This document shows positions 9,621-18,703 of a stretch of DNA of 45,369 bases, one piece after another. The notes under the pieces were generated by a model. That model made no database searches and was not told the origin of the DNA. It worked only from the letters and a program-made list of their open reading frames with translations. The translations under genes were made by a program, and so were the position numbers. Source of the DNA: an uncultured Sulfurimonas sp. GTDB taxonomy: Bacteria > Campylobacterota > Campylobacteria > Campylobacterales > Sulfurimonadaceae. Each line of letters starts with the position of its first letter. The first letter of the stretch is position 1. The stretch is taken from the NCBI GenBank assembly GCA_964615395.1, contig CAZTNH010000001.1:1-45369 (forward strand), in the 5' to 3' direction.

Positions 9621-10202
9621 CTACTTACCTAAGGCTTTTTTAATGTCACTCTCTATAAATTCTTCTTCAGTAGCACCTTGATAGAAGTTAATTAAAACAC
9701 CATTTTTATACATAGCCATAAGAGGAATACCAAAGTTTTTTCCTATTTTTAGTTTTGTAGCTATGGCATCTATAAGACGAGAATTTTCACTAGAGTTTAC
9801 AAATGTATACTCTGCATTGTACTCATGTTTGAAGTTTTCTAGTTTTTCATTTGCAATATCTTGTTCAACTGTAACGCCAACTACAAAAAGAGAGTCTTTA
9901 TACTTTTTTTGAAGTGAAGAGAGGTGAGAAGCTTCTGCTTGACAAGGTGGACACCAAGTAGCGAATACATCTATAATAATTACCTTATCTTTCATTCCAT
10001 CTACTGTAAAACCTGTAGGAGATTTTTTGATTGTGTACTGTTTTTTATCTAAAGCTGTAAGTACAAACTCATTTGTAGATAAAATTGAGTTTGCCTTTTC
10101 ATTCATTGCAGTATCTTTTGTTTTTTCTTTATTATTGTCAGAACAAGCTGTAAATAATAAACCTAAAGAGATGAGAGTTGATAAAAATAGAGTTTTTGAC
10201 AT
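9621..10202 (-). CDS. TlpA-family thioredoxin-like lipoprotein
   Basis: Lipobox-like [12 protein letters not shown] active site, cis-Pro GIP. Confidence 0.88.
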   Translation of the reverse strand: MSKTLFLSTLISLGLLFTACSDNNKEKTKDTAMNEKANSILSTNEFVLTALDKKQYTIKKSPTGFTVDGMKDKVIIIDVFATWCPPCQAEASHLSSLQKKYKDSLFVVGVTVEQDIANEKLENFKHEYNAEYTFVNSSENSRLIDAIATKLKIGKNFGIPLMAMYKNGVLINFYQGATEEEFIESDIKKALGK

Positions 10203-10237
10203 AGTTTTTTAAACCTTTTTAGTGTAATATAAGAGAA

Positions 10238-10246
10238 ATTATAGCA
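10238..10246 (-). promoter_or_regulatory. Extended -10 promoter element for the tlpA-like-ftsY unit
   Basis: Minus strand TGCTATAAT, 35 nt upstream of the start. Confidence 0.6.
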
Positions 10247-10260
10247 ATAAAAGATTAAAT

Positions 10261-10827
10261 ATGACTCCAAATAAAGAAACATTTAGAAAAGAGTGCTTAA
10301 TAAAACTTAAAAATAGTACAAAACATGATAGACTCTACAAAACAGCATTAGTAAATAGAAAATTATTACTGCAACTCAGAGGAAAAAAAGGGAAAAAGAT
10401 ACTTTTTTATTATCCCTTAGGTTTAGAAGTAGATTTAACGAAGGTACTTCGTGAAATACGAAGAAAAAATGATGTTTATATTCCATTTATGCTTGAGCAA
10501 AGTTTTAAGATGGTACCATTTAGATTACCTCTTAAACAGAAGAAATTTGGGATTTATGAAGCAGGTAACACAAATAGAAGTATAAGAAAAATAGATATTG
10601 CTATTGTTCCCGTTGTAGGAGTAGATGGAAATCTACAAAGAATTGGTTTTGGAAAAGGAATGTATGATCGTTTCTTTGAAAAACTACCAAAGAGACCCTA
10701 TACAATTTTTACACAACTAGAGTTATGCCATACTAAAGAGCTTATCTGTGACGATTATGATATCGCAGGGGATATACTTTTAACACCAAAAAAAGTTATA
10801 ATAAATAAAAATATTAGGAAACGATAA
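10261..10827 (+). CDS. 5-formyltetrahydrofolate cyclo-ligase
   Basis: K..FRK start, FGIYE, IDIAIVP, RIGFGKGMYDR, YDI; coupled to rny. Confidence 0.92.
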   Translation: MTPNKETFRKECLIKLKNSTKHDRLYKTALVNRKLLLQLRGKKGKKILFYYPLGLEVDLTKVLREIRRKNDVYIPFMLEQSFKMVPFRLPLKQKKFGIYEAGNTNRSIRKIDIAIVPVVGVDGNLQRIGFGKGMYDRFFEKLPKRPYTIFTQLELCHTKELICDDYDIAGDILLTPKKVIINKNIRKR

Positions 10828-12395
10828 TGCTAAACGAAATACTACTTGGTGGTGGAACTGCCATCGTTAGTGGGGTTGTCGGTTTTTTCATCTCAAAAAA
10901 ATTAACAAATGCAAATTTTGAAGTTTATACACAACAGGCAAAAGCGAAAGCAAATGCTATAGAAAATGAGGCTCAAACACTACTAGAGAGAGCTAATTTA
11001 AAATCTCGTGAGATTGAGCATGAAGCTCAAAAAACTTTTGATTCAGCTAAGCAGAGAGCTAAGGCTGATTTAAAACAAAGAGAGAACTCTCTTTCCAAAA
11101 AAGAGAGAGAATTTTCGCTCTATAAAGAGAAAGAAGATGAGAAACTTCAAACTCAATCACGAACTTTAAAAGCACAGCAAGTTAATTTACAAAGAAATGA
11201 AAAGTCATTGACATCTCTACAAGAGAAATATGAGAAGAAGATAGATGAAGTCATGCATGTTATAGAACATAGTGCAGGGATGACACAAGAAGAGGCGAAA
11301 ACTTCACTACTCAAAAAAATTGAGTATAAAGCACGTGGCGATATAGCTCATATTGTACGACGTTATGAAAATGAGGCAAGAGAAGAGGGTGAAAGAAAAG
11401 CAAACTTTATCATTTCTCAGGCTACAAGTCGTTTTGCAGGAGAGTTTGCTAGTGAGCGTTTAACGAATTTAGTTCATTTAGAAAATGATGATTTAAAGGG
11501 TCGAATTATAGGTAAAGAGGGACGAAACATTAAGTCTCTTGAGACACTTTTAGGTGTAGATATTATCATTGATGATACTCCGAATGCTATTATGGTGAGC
11601 TGTTTTAACCTTTATCGCCGTGCAATAGCAACAAAGACTCTTCAACTTCTTATTGAGGATGGTAGGGTGCAACCTGCTCGTATTGAAGAGATATTTAAAA
11701 AAGTTTCAGATGAGTTTGAATCAAATATCTTACATGAGGGTGAAGAGCTTGTTATTGAGATGAATATAGGTGTTATGCATCCTGAACTTATGAAACTAAT
11801 TGGGCGTTTAAGATACCGTGCAAGTTATGGGCAAAATGCCTTAGCACATACTCTTGAAGTGGCTCATTTAGCTGGAATTATGGCAGCAGAGATGGGTGGA
11901 GATGTAGCCTTAGCAAAACGTGCAGGTCTTTTACACGATATCGGTAAAGCATTAACTCATGACCATGATGGAAATCATGTAGATTTGGGTGCTGAGATAT
12001 GTAAACGCTATAATGAAGATGAAGTAGTTATAAATGCTATCTATGCACATCACGGTCAAGAGGAGATAAATAGTATAGAGTGTGGAGCTGTTTGTGCAGC
12101 TGATGCACTCTCTGCTGCTCGTCCTGGTGCTCGTCGTGAAGTTTTAGAGAGCTTCTTAAAACGTGTGACAGAGATAGAAGAGATAGCTTCTGTCCATAGT
12201 GGTGTAAAACAGGCTTATGCCATAAATGCTGGTCGAGAGGTAAGAGTTATAGTAAATGCTACTTTAGTAAATGATGATGAGTCTATTTTAATGGCTAGAG
12301 AGATAGCTAAAGAGATAGAAGAGAGAGTTTCATACCCTGGAGAAATCAAGGTGAATGTTATTAGAGAGAGTAGGGCTATAGAGTTCGCTAAGTAG
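10827..12395 (+). CDS. rny: Ribonuclease Y
   Basis: N-terminal TM, coiled coil, KH domain (KGRIIGKEGRNI), HD domain (LLHDIGK, AADALSAARPGAR). Confidence 0.97.
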   Translation: MLNEILLGGGTAIVSGVVGFFISKKLTNANFEVYTQQAKAKANAIENEAQTLLERANLKSREIEHEAQKTFDSAKQRAKADLKQRENSLSKKEREFSLYKEKEDEKLQTQSRTLKAQQVNLQRNEKSLTSLQEKYEKKIDEVMHVIEHSAGMTQEEAKTSLLKKIEYKARGDIAHIVRRYENEAREEGERKANFIISQATSRFAGEFASERLTNLVHLENDDLKGRIIGKEGRNIKSLETLLGVDIIIDDTPNAIMVSCFNLYRRAIATKTLQLLIEDGRVQPARIEEIFKKVSDEFESNILHEGEELVIEMNIGVMHPELMKLIGRLRYRASYGQNALAHTLEVAHLAGIMAAEMGGDVALAKRAGLLHDIGKALTHDHDGNHVDLGAEICKRYNEDEVVINAIYAHHGQEEINSIECGAVCAADALSAARPGARREVLESFLKRVTEIEEIASVHSGVKQAYAINAGREVRVIVNATLVNDDESILMAREIAKEIEERVSYPGEIKVNVIRESRAIEFAK

Positions 12396-12406
12396 CGACT
12401 CTATAG
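12376..12406. terminator. Inverted repeat at the convergent rny / cytochrome junction
   Basis: CTATAGAG-t-TCGCTA-ag-TAGCGA-CTCTATAG: 14-bp stem with one bulge spanning the rny stop; no clear U-tract. Confidence 0.5.
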
Positions 12407-12414
12407 ATAGTAAA

Positions 12415-12993
12415 CTATTTTTTTATAGTTGTAACAATTGCACCACGTAAGTCACCCATTTTATAACCTGTTGCTTTATCAAGTGGATATTTACTAGCAA
12501 TTTGACGTTTTAAATCAATATTTTTTATCACACCGTGACATTTAAGACAAACTCTTTTGTTTATCACTAAAGGTTTGTAATATTTGTAAGTGTGTGCATC
12601 AACTTTTTGTATTAACTGTTTTGGTAAAATGATATTGTTCTTTTTCATATCTGCAAAAGATTTTAAAACTGCGAGTTCACCCTCAGTTGGTTTATTTGCA
12701 GGACTTCTATACTTAGAACTTATTCTCTGAATAGTTACACCTTTTGGAAGTTGTTTATTTACTTTTTCAGTTAATGTATAAGCTTCATTAGAACAAAAAT
12801 CAAGTGCTTTCATTACACCACCACTTTTCATATTCTTTTTCATATTTTTACCGAGAGTTTTAAGAAGAAGCATTGAACTCTTCTGACCTATCTGTTTTAC
12901 ACTTTTAAGCTCAGCACTCTTTTTATTCATAGGTGCAGCGAGTAGTAAAGATGCACTAATGCTTAAAAGAGTTATAGTTTTTAATATTTTCAT
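12415..12993 (-). CDS. Periplasmic monoheme c protein, DUF3365/Tll0287-like
   Basis: Signal peptide, ALDFC, RISSKYRSPANKP, YYKPL, CLKCHG, YPLDKATGYKMGDLRGA. Confidence 0.88.
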   Translation of the reverse strand: MKILKTITLLSISASLLLAAPMNKKSAELKSVKQIGQKSSMLLLKTLGKNMKKNMKSGGVMKALDFCSNEAYTLTEKVNKQLPKGVTIQRISSKYRSPANKPTEGELAVLKSFADMKKNNIILPKQLIQKVDAHTYKYYKPLVINKRVCLKCHGVIKNIDLKRQIASKYPLDKATGYKMGDLRGAIVTTIKK

Positions 12994-13028
12994 TATAAAA
13001 ATTCCTTTATTTGTTAATTTGTGATGAA

Positions 13029-13037
13029 ATTATAGCA
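13029..13037 (-). promoter_or_regulatory. Extended -10 promoter element for the DUF3365 gene
   Basis: Minus strand TGCTATAAT; a divergent TATAAT for atpB lies at 13068-13073. Confidence 0.55.
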
Positions 13038-13106
13038 AGACTTATAATAATTTAATGCAACTTTGACTATAATCTCGTAATTATTTTAAAGACAGGGAGC
13101 TTTTCT

Positions 13107-13781
13107 ATGCCAGAATTGTTTACATTTTTCGGACTTATTACACACGATAAAACATTTATCTATATCGCACACATGCTACTTTCAGCAGGTATAGCTTTAA
13201 TATTAGTAAGAGTTGCTATGTCAAATCTTACTCCAGTACCAAAGGGTACTCAAAACCTTATGGAAGCATACTTAAATGGTGTTCTTCAAATGGGTACAGA
13301 TGTTATGGGTAAAGAGAATGCACGTAAGTACATTCCTCTAATAGCAACTATTGGTTTATTTGTTGGTATAGCCAACTTAATTGGTATTGTTCCAGGTTTT
13401 GAAGCTCCAACTGCATTTATAGAGATGCCTCTTACTCTTGCTTTAATTGTATTTGTTTACTACAACTATATTGGAATTAAAGAACAGGGTATTATTAAGT
13501 ACTTCAAACACTTTATGGGTCCAGTTTGGTGGTTATACTGGTTGATGTTTCCAATTGAGATTGTTTCTCACTTTTCTCGTATTATTTCACTGACATTTCG
13601 TCTTTATGGAAATGTTTCTGGAGATGATAAGTTTTTAATGGTAATCTTAATGCTGACTCCTTGGTTATTACCAATGATTCCATTTGCATTACTTACATTT
13701 ATGGCTTTCTTACAAGCTTTTATCTTCATGATGCTTACAACTGTTTACATCGGTTCAGCAGTAGTAGTAGAAGAACACTAG
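13107..13781 (+). CDS. atpB: F0F1 ATP synthase subunit a
   Basis: NLIGIVPGFEAPT, PIEIVSHFSRIISLTFRLYGN (essential Arg), LQAFIF; GGGAG RBS. Separation from other atp genes is usual in this phylum. Confidence 0.96.
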   Translation: MPELFTFFGLITHDKTFIYIAHMLLSAGIALILVRVAMSNLTPVPKGTQNLMEAYLNGVLQMGTDVMGKENARKYIPLIATIGLFVGIANLIGIVPGFEAPTAFIEMPLTLALIVFVYYNYIGIKEQGIIKYFKHFMGPVWWLYWLMFPIEIVSHFSRIISLTFRLYGNVSGDDKFLMVILMLTPWLLPMIPFALLTFMAFLQAFIFMMLTTVYIGSAVVVEEH

Positions 13782-13793
13782 GTCATCGTCTTT

Positions 13794-14057
13794 ATGCAAA
13801 AAGATATTTATGATCGCATCATAAGCTTTTTGCAGGGAGCATCATGGGCGATAGTCCTTGTTGGTGCTTACTTTACTTTTAAACTTACTATCTCTTTCGG
13901 TCTCTCTTTTTCAATCTTTCTAACACTCTTTTTTATTATTGTTTCTCTTTTTCTTGTTCTGGCTCTTGATGCTTTTTCAGTCAATAAACAAAAATTAGAA
14001 GAAGCTAAAAAACAGACAAAACTCTTAGAAAAAATCTACTCTAAACATACTTCATAA
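13794..14057 (+). CDS. Hypothetical membrane protein (2 TM plus short coiled tail)
   Basis: 87-aa ORF 12 nt after atpB with two hydrophobic helices. Confidence 0.75.
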   Translation: MQKDIYDRIISFLQGASWAIVLVGAYFTFKLTISFGLSFSIFLTLFFIIVSLFLVLALDAFSVNKQKLEEAKKQTKLLEKIYSKHTS

Positions 14058-14120
14058 CACTTTTTAAAGCTTTTTTTAGATAAAATAGAGCAATTATAAT
14101 CTATTCTATTAAGGAAATCT

Positions 14121-15548
14121 ATGTTTGAAGTAGTTATTGGTCTTGAAGTCCATGTTCAGTTAAACACAAAAACAAAACTTTTTTGCTCCTGTGCAACAAG
14201 TTTTAATCATAAACAAAACACAAATACTTGTCCAACTTGTTTAGCACTACCTGGTGCTCTTCCTGTACTCAATAAAGAAGTTTTACAAAAAGCAGTTATG
14301 CTTGGAACAGCTATTAATGCTACTGTAAATCGTACTTCTTACTTTGATAGAAAATCATACTTTTATCCAGATAGTCCTACCGCATATCAAATTACACAGT
14401 TCTATACACCAGTAATACAAAATGGTCATTTAGATATCGATTTTGAAGATGGTTCAAAAAAAACTATTCGTGTAGGTTTTGCTCACATTGAGGCAGATGC
14501 TGGTAAAAATATTCACGATGGTGATATCTCTAAGGTTGATTTAAATCGTGCAGGAACACCTCTTTTAGAGATAGTAACTGAGCCTGATATGAGAAGTTCT
14601 GAAGAAGCAGTTCTTTATCTTAAAAAATTGCATTCAATTATCCGTTATTTAGACATAGGTGATGCAAATATGCAAGAGGGATCATTTCGCGTAGATGTAA
14701 ATGTTTCCATAAGACCAAAGGGTGATGAAAAACTCTATACACGTGTTGAGATTAAAAATATCAACTCCTTTAAGTTTATTGAAAAAGCTATAGAAGTGGA
14801 AGTAATTCGTCAGAGTGAAGCTTGGGAAGATGGTCTTTATGATGAAGAGATATGTCAAGAGACTCGTCTTTATGACCAAGAGAAAAATGAGACTCGTTCT
14901 ATGCGTGGAAAAGAAGAAGCGGCTGATTATCGTTATTTTCCTGAACCTGATTTACTGAAAGCCGTCGTAACGGATGAGATGTTTGATAAATATTCTCAAA
15001 TTCCAGAACTACCAGATGCTAAGAAAGAGCGCTTTATCAAAGAATTTGGATTGAACGAATACAATGCAGGTGTAATTACAGCAACTGTTGAGATGGCTCA
15101 CTTTTTTGAGTCTATGATGGGTAAAAAAGGGGTAACAGCTAAAACTGCAACATCTCTTTTAACTGTTGAACTCTTAGCTCGTTTAAAAGGAGAGTTAAAT
15201 ATTACAAACTCCCCTGTAAATGCTGATATTCTTGGTGATTTGGCTTTACGAGTAGATGATAAAACTATTAGTATAAAAGCTGCGAAAGAGGTTCTTGACT
15301 TTTTAATGGAGAATGAGAGTGATGTTGATAGTGTCATTGAAAAACTAGGTCTTAAACAGATGACAGATAGTGGTGCTATTGAAGCGATATGTGATGAGAT
15401 TATCTCTGCCAATCCTGAGAAAGTTGAACAGTATCAAGGTGGAAAAGAGAAACTCTTTGGTTTCTTTGTTGGGCAAGTTATGAAAGCTTCGAAAGGAAGT
15501 GCTAATCCTCAATCTGTAAATGAACTTTTAAAAGCTAAACTAGGATAA
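14121..15548 (+). CDS. gatB: Asp-tRNA(Asn)/Glu-tRNA(Gln) amidotransferase subunit B
   Basis: [56 protein letters not shown]. Confidence 0.97.
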   Translation: MFEVVIGLEVHVQLNTKTKLFCSCATSFNHKQNTNTCPTCLALPGALPVLNKEVLQKAVMLGTAINATVNRTSYFDRKSYFYPDSPTAYQITQFYTPVIQNGHLDIDFEDGSKKTIRVGFAHIEADAGKNIHDGDISKVDLNRAGTPLLEIVTEPDMRSSEEAVLYLKKLHSIIRYLDIGDANMQEGSFRVDVNVSIRPKGDEKLYTRVEIKNINSFKFIEKAIEVEVIRQSEAWEDGLYDEEICQETRLYDQEKNETRSMRGKEEAADYRYFPEPDLLKAVVTDEMFDKYSQIPELPDAKKERFIKEFGLNEYNAGVITATVEMAHFFESMMGKKGVTAKTATSLLTVELLARLKGELNITNSPVNADILGDLALRVDDKTISIKAAKEVLDFLMENESDVDSVIEKLGLKQMTDSGAIEAICDEIISANPEKVEQYQGGKEKLFGFFVGQVMKASKGSANPQSVNELLKAKLG

Positions 15549-15554
15549 ATATTT

Positions 15555-17117
15555 ATGTTAAAAAGTCTGGTAGTTGATGCAGCATATTTTTTACAAACAT
15601 CTAAGCGCTATCAGAGTAAAAAACAGTTTTTTAAAAATTTACTAGAGAATAATAAGTATAAATATAAAAAATATGTAGATATATTTATGATTATGCTTAT
15701 TTTCATAAGTGTTGGAGTCTTGATTCGTGAAGTAAAACATCCTGTATATGATTACCTATTTCGCTTTAATAGTTATTTTATATCTACTATATTTTTAATA
15801 GAGTATCTTTTACGTTTTTGGATTCATAGTAGTGTAAGTGAAATTATAGTTGAACGTGCTGAGCATGATAGTTTTTTATCAAGAAAAATGGCAATTTCAA
15901 AAGCATTTAAAAAAATAATTAGAGTAAAACTCTCTTATATGTTTTCTATAACAGCTATTATTGATTTACTCGCTGTAATGCCATTTTTTCACGAGTTAAG
16001 ACTGTTGAGACTTTTTATACTCTTTCGAGTTTTTAAACTTTTTCGTTATGCAAATAGTTTTCAGACACTCACAGGTGTTTTAGCAACAAAAAAGTTTGAG
16101 TTTTTTACATTAGCAATTTTCGCTTCAGTTGTAATCTTTGTCTCTTCTGTACTCATTTATGTTATGGAAGCAAATAATCCATCTTCACCAATTAATACAC
16201 TTTTTGAAGCAGTTTACTGGTCAATAGTTACTATATCTACAGTTGGATATGGGGATATGACTCCTGTAACATTTGAGGGTAGAGTTGTTGCAATTGTAGT
16301 TATTACCGCAGGTATTGCAGTACTCGCTTTTAGTACATCACTTGTTGTTTCAGCGTTTACTGAGAAGTTAGATGAGATACGTGAGATTAAAACTATAGAT
16401 GATATTACTAAATTAAAAAACTTTTATTTAGTATGTGGTTATGAAGATGTAGCACAAGATATTGTTCGTAAATTAAGTAAAAACAATAAAAATATCATTA
16501 TACTTGATGATGATTTAGAAAGAGTTAAACAGGCAAAACGTGAAGGTTTTACTGCACTTAACTACTCTCCTGGAAAACTAGAAAGTTATAAAAAACTTCA
16601 TATAAGTCTTGAAAAACAGGTAAAAGTTGTTTTATGTCTCTATGAAGATGATGTTAAAAATGTATATACTGCTTTGACGATTCGTTCTTTAAATAAAGAG
16701 GTTTTTATTCTCTCTTTATTAATGGAAAATTCAAATCGAAAAAAATTACAGTTTACAGGAATCAATAAAATAGTTTATCCTCAGGAGTTAATAGGACTTG
16801 TTACTAAGGAGCTTATTGGGCAACCTGTGGCATTTGAAATTATTCATGAACTACGTAGTGAAACTTCCAATGTTAAAATTACAGAACTTGCAATCACTCA
16901 AAGAATTATAGATAATTTTGCTACTGTTGGCGAGTTAGGAAATGAGGAGTATCGTATAGTTCTTCTTGGAGTCCATAAAAAGAGTCTGCAACACTTCTAT
17001 TTTAATCCACTTGAAGAGACTTTTTTAGAAAATGGAGATTATCTTCTTGTGATAGGATATGATATATTTATCAAAGAGTTTGAACAGCATCTTCATACAA
17101 AGGTACGAAATGAATAA
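15555..17117 (+). CDS. 6-TM potassium channel with C-terminal RCK (TrkA-N/C) domain
   Basis: S4-like LRLLRLFILFRVFKLFR, selectivity filter TVGYGD, YLVCGY Rossmann start. Confidence 0.92.
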   Translation: MLKSLVVDAAYFLQTSKRYQSKKQFFKNLLENNKYKYKKYVDIFMIMLIFISVGVLIREVKHPVYDYLFRFNSYFISTIFLIEYLLRFWIHSSVSEIIVERAEHDSFLSRKMAISKAFKKIIRVKLSYMFSITAIIDLLAVMPFFHELRLLRLFILFRVFKLFRYANSFQTLTGVLATKKFEFFTLAIFASVVIFVSSVLIYVMEANNPSSPINTLFEAVYWSIVTISTVGYGDMTPVTFEGRVVAIVVITAGIAVLAFSTSLVVSAFTEKLDEIREIKTIDDITKLKNFYLVCGYEDVAQDIVRKLSKNNKNIIILDDDLERVKQAKREGFTALNYSPGKLESYKKLHISLEKQVKVVLCLYEDDVKNVYTALTIRSLNKEVFILSLLMENSNRKKLQFTGINKIVYPQELIGLVTKELIGQPVAFEIIHELRSETSNVKITELAITQRIIDNFATVGELGNEEYRIVLLGVHKKSLQHFYFNPLEETFLENGDYLLVIGYDIFIKEFEQHLHTKVRNE

Positions 17118-17829
17118 AAGTAGTGCATTGATTTTTGGCTTTAACAAGTATGCCGAAGAGATACTGAAAAATGTAAAAAAAGAGTACGATAATGTAAAAA
17201 TCTACTCTATTAATGAGGATGATGTAAAAAATGAGGAGTATGATATTTCACATTTTGATCTTAGTGATAATTGGAAAGAGATTGAAGATGAAATTAATAT
17301 TGAAAACTCTATAGCTTTTTGTATTTTAGAAGATACTGCTGAAAATATTTTCTTAACTATTTCACTTAGATCTTCTTATGAAAATTTATCAATCATAGCT
17401 ATAGCATCACATAGAGAGAATGCAAATAAACTTCTTATGGCTGGTGCAAACAAAGTTATACCTCTTGTTGAAACAACAGCTGATATTATTACAAATATGT
17501 TAGAAAATCCTATATCAAATAGTGTCTTACATGATATACTTTATGAAACAAGTGACTTGAAAATTGCTCAGATTAAGATAGGTGAGAATAGTCATTTTAG
17601 AGATGAAGAGCTTTCTAAAATTAACTGGGGTCATTATAGTGGAATTATTGTACTTTCTGTGATGCATCAAGATATGAGTAGCGAGTTTATCTACTCTTCA
17701 AAAGCTAAACGCCATATTATAACAGAAGGTGATATTCTTGTTGTTGTTGGGTATGAGACAGATATAAAAGAGTTTGAAAAAAAAATAGGGAGCAATCGAT
17801 ATGTCAATTGGAGTAATTGGAGCTGGTAA
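17110..17829 (+). CDS. Soluble RCK/TrkA-family regulatory protein
   Basis: MNKSSALIFGF, ENIFLTISLR, AGANKVI, EGDILVVVG; ATG at 17110 after AAGG overlaps the channel stop. Confidence 0.88.
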   Translation: MNKSSALIFGFNKYAEEILKNVKKEYDNVKIYSINEDDVKNEEYDISHFDLSDNWKEIEDEINIENSIAFCILEDTAENIFLTISLRSSYENLSIIAIASHRENANKLLMAGANKVIPLVETTADIITNMLENPISNSVLHDILYETSDLKIAQIKIGENSHFRDEELSKINWGHYSGIIVLSVMHQDMSSEFIYSSKAKRHIITEGDILVVVGYETDIKEFEKKIGSNRYVNWSNWSW

Positions 17830-18688
17830 GTGGGGAAGTGCATTAGCTTTTGCACTCAGTGAAAAAAATGATGTCTTAATCTCTTCAAGAACACCAAGAG
17901 ATTTACCAAATTTTGTCTTATTAGAGGAGATACTTAAGTGTGAATTTCTTGTTATAACAGTACCTGCACAGCAGATCGCTTTATGGCTAGAAGAGAACTT
18001 TATTTATAGAGGGCAAAAAGTTTTAGTCGCAAGTAAAGGGATAGAAGCGAGTAGTGGTAAATTTTTAAATGAGATATATTCTAAATATATTCCAGATGAA
18101 AATATCGCTTTTCTCTCTGGTCCATCTTTTGCTATTGAGGTGATAGCTTCACTTCCAACAGCTTTAGTAGTGAACTCTTTAAACACCAAACTCTCTTTAG
18201 AATTTGCAGAACTCTTTCCCTCTTTTATCAAAGCATATACATCGACTGATGTTATGGGTGCAGAGGTTTCAGGGGCTTATAAAAATGTTATAGCCATTGC
18301 TGCTGGGATATGTGAGGGACTTGGACTAGGGAAGAATGCAGCAGCAGCCTTAATAAGTCGTGGTTTAGTTGAGATGCAGCGTTTTGGTTTAGCTTATGGA
18401 GCTAAAGAGGATACTTTTGTGGGTTTAGGTGGAGCAGGGGATCTTTTCTTAACAGCATCCTCTCCTATGAGTAGGAATTTTCGTGTAGGTTTAGGTATAG
18501 CAAAAGGAAAGTCTCAAGAGGAGATTTTAGAAGAGTTAGGTGAGGTGGCTGAGGGTATCGGTACTACCTATGCACTTCAAGAACTTTCACACTCAAATGA
18601 ACTTTACTTGCCAATAGCCAAAGAGGTTTATGAAATGTTAGAGGGTAAATCTCCTCAAAAAAGTTTAAAAGATCTACTCTCTTCATAA
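17801..18688 (+). CDS. gpsA: NAD(P)H-dependent glycerol-3-phosphate dehydrogenase
   Basis: GAGKWG, SKGIE, SGPSFA, GAYKNVIAIAAG, GDLFLT, SRN, AEG. Confidence 0.96.
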   Translation: MSIGVIGAGKWGSALAFALSEKNDVLISSRTPRDLPNFVLLEEILKCEFLVITVPAQQIALWLEENFIYRGQKVLVASKGIEASSGKFLNEIYSKYIPDENIAFLSGPSFAIEVIASLPTALVVNSLNTKLSLEFAELFPSFIKAYTSTDVMGAEVSGAYKNVIAIAAGICEGLGLGKNAAAALISRGLVEMQRFGLAYGAKEDTFVGLGGAGDLFLTASSPMSRNFRVGLGIAKGKSQEEILEELGEVAEGIGTTYALQELSHSNELYLPIAKEVYEMLEGKSPQKSLKDLLSS

Positions 18689-18703
18689 ATTAGAGGAAAA
18701 AAA

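Noticed and set aside
10203-10260. 6S RNA upstream of the 5-formyl-THF cyclo-ligase gene
   Set aside because: The spacer is only 58 nt, AT-rich, and occupied by divergent promoter signals.
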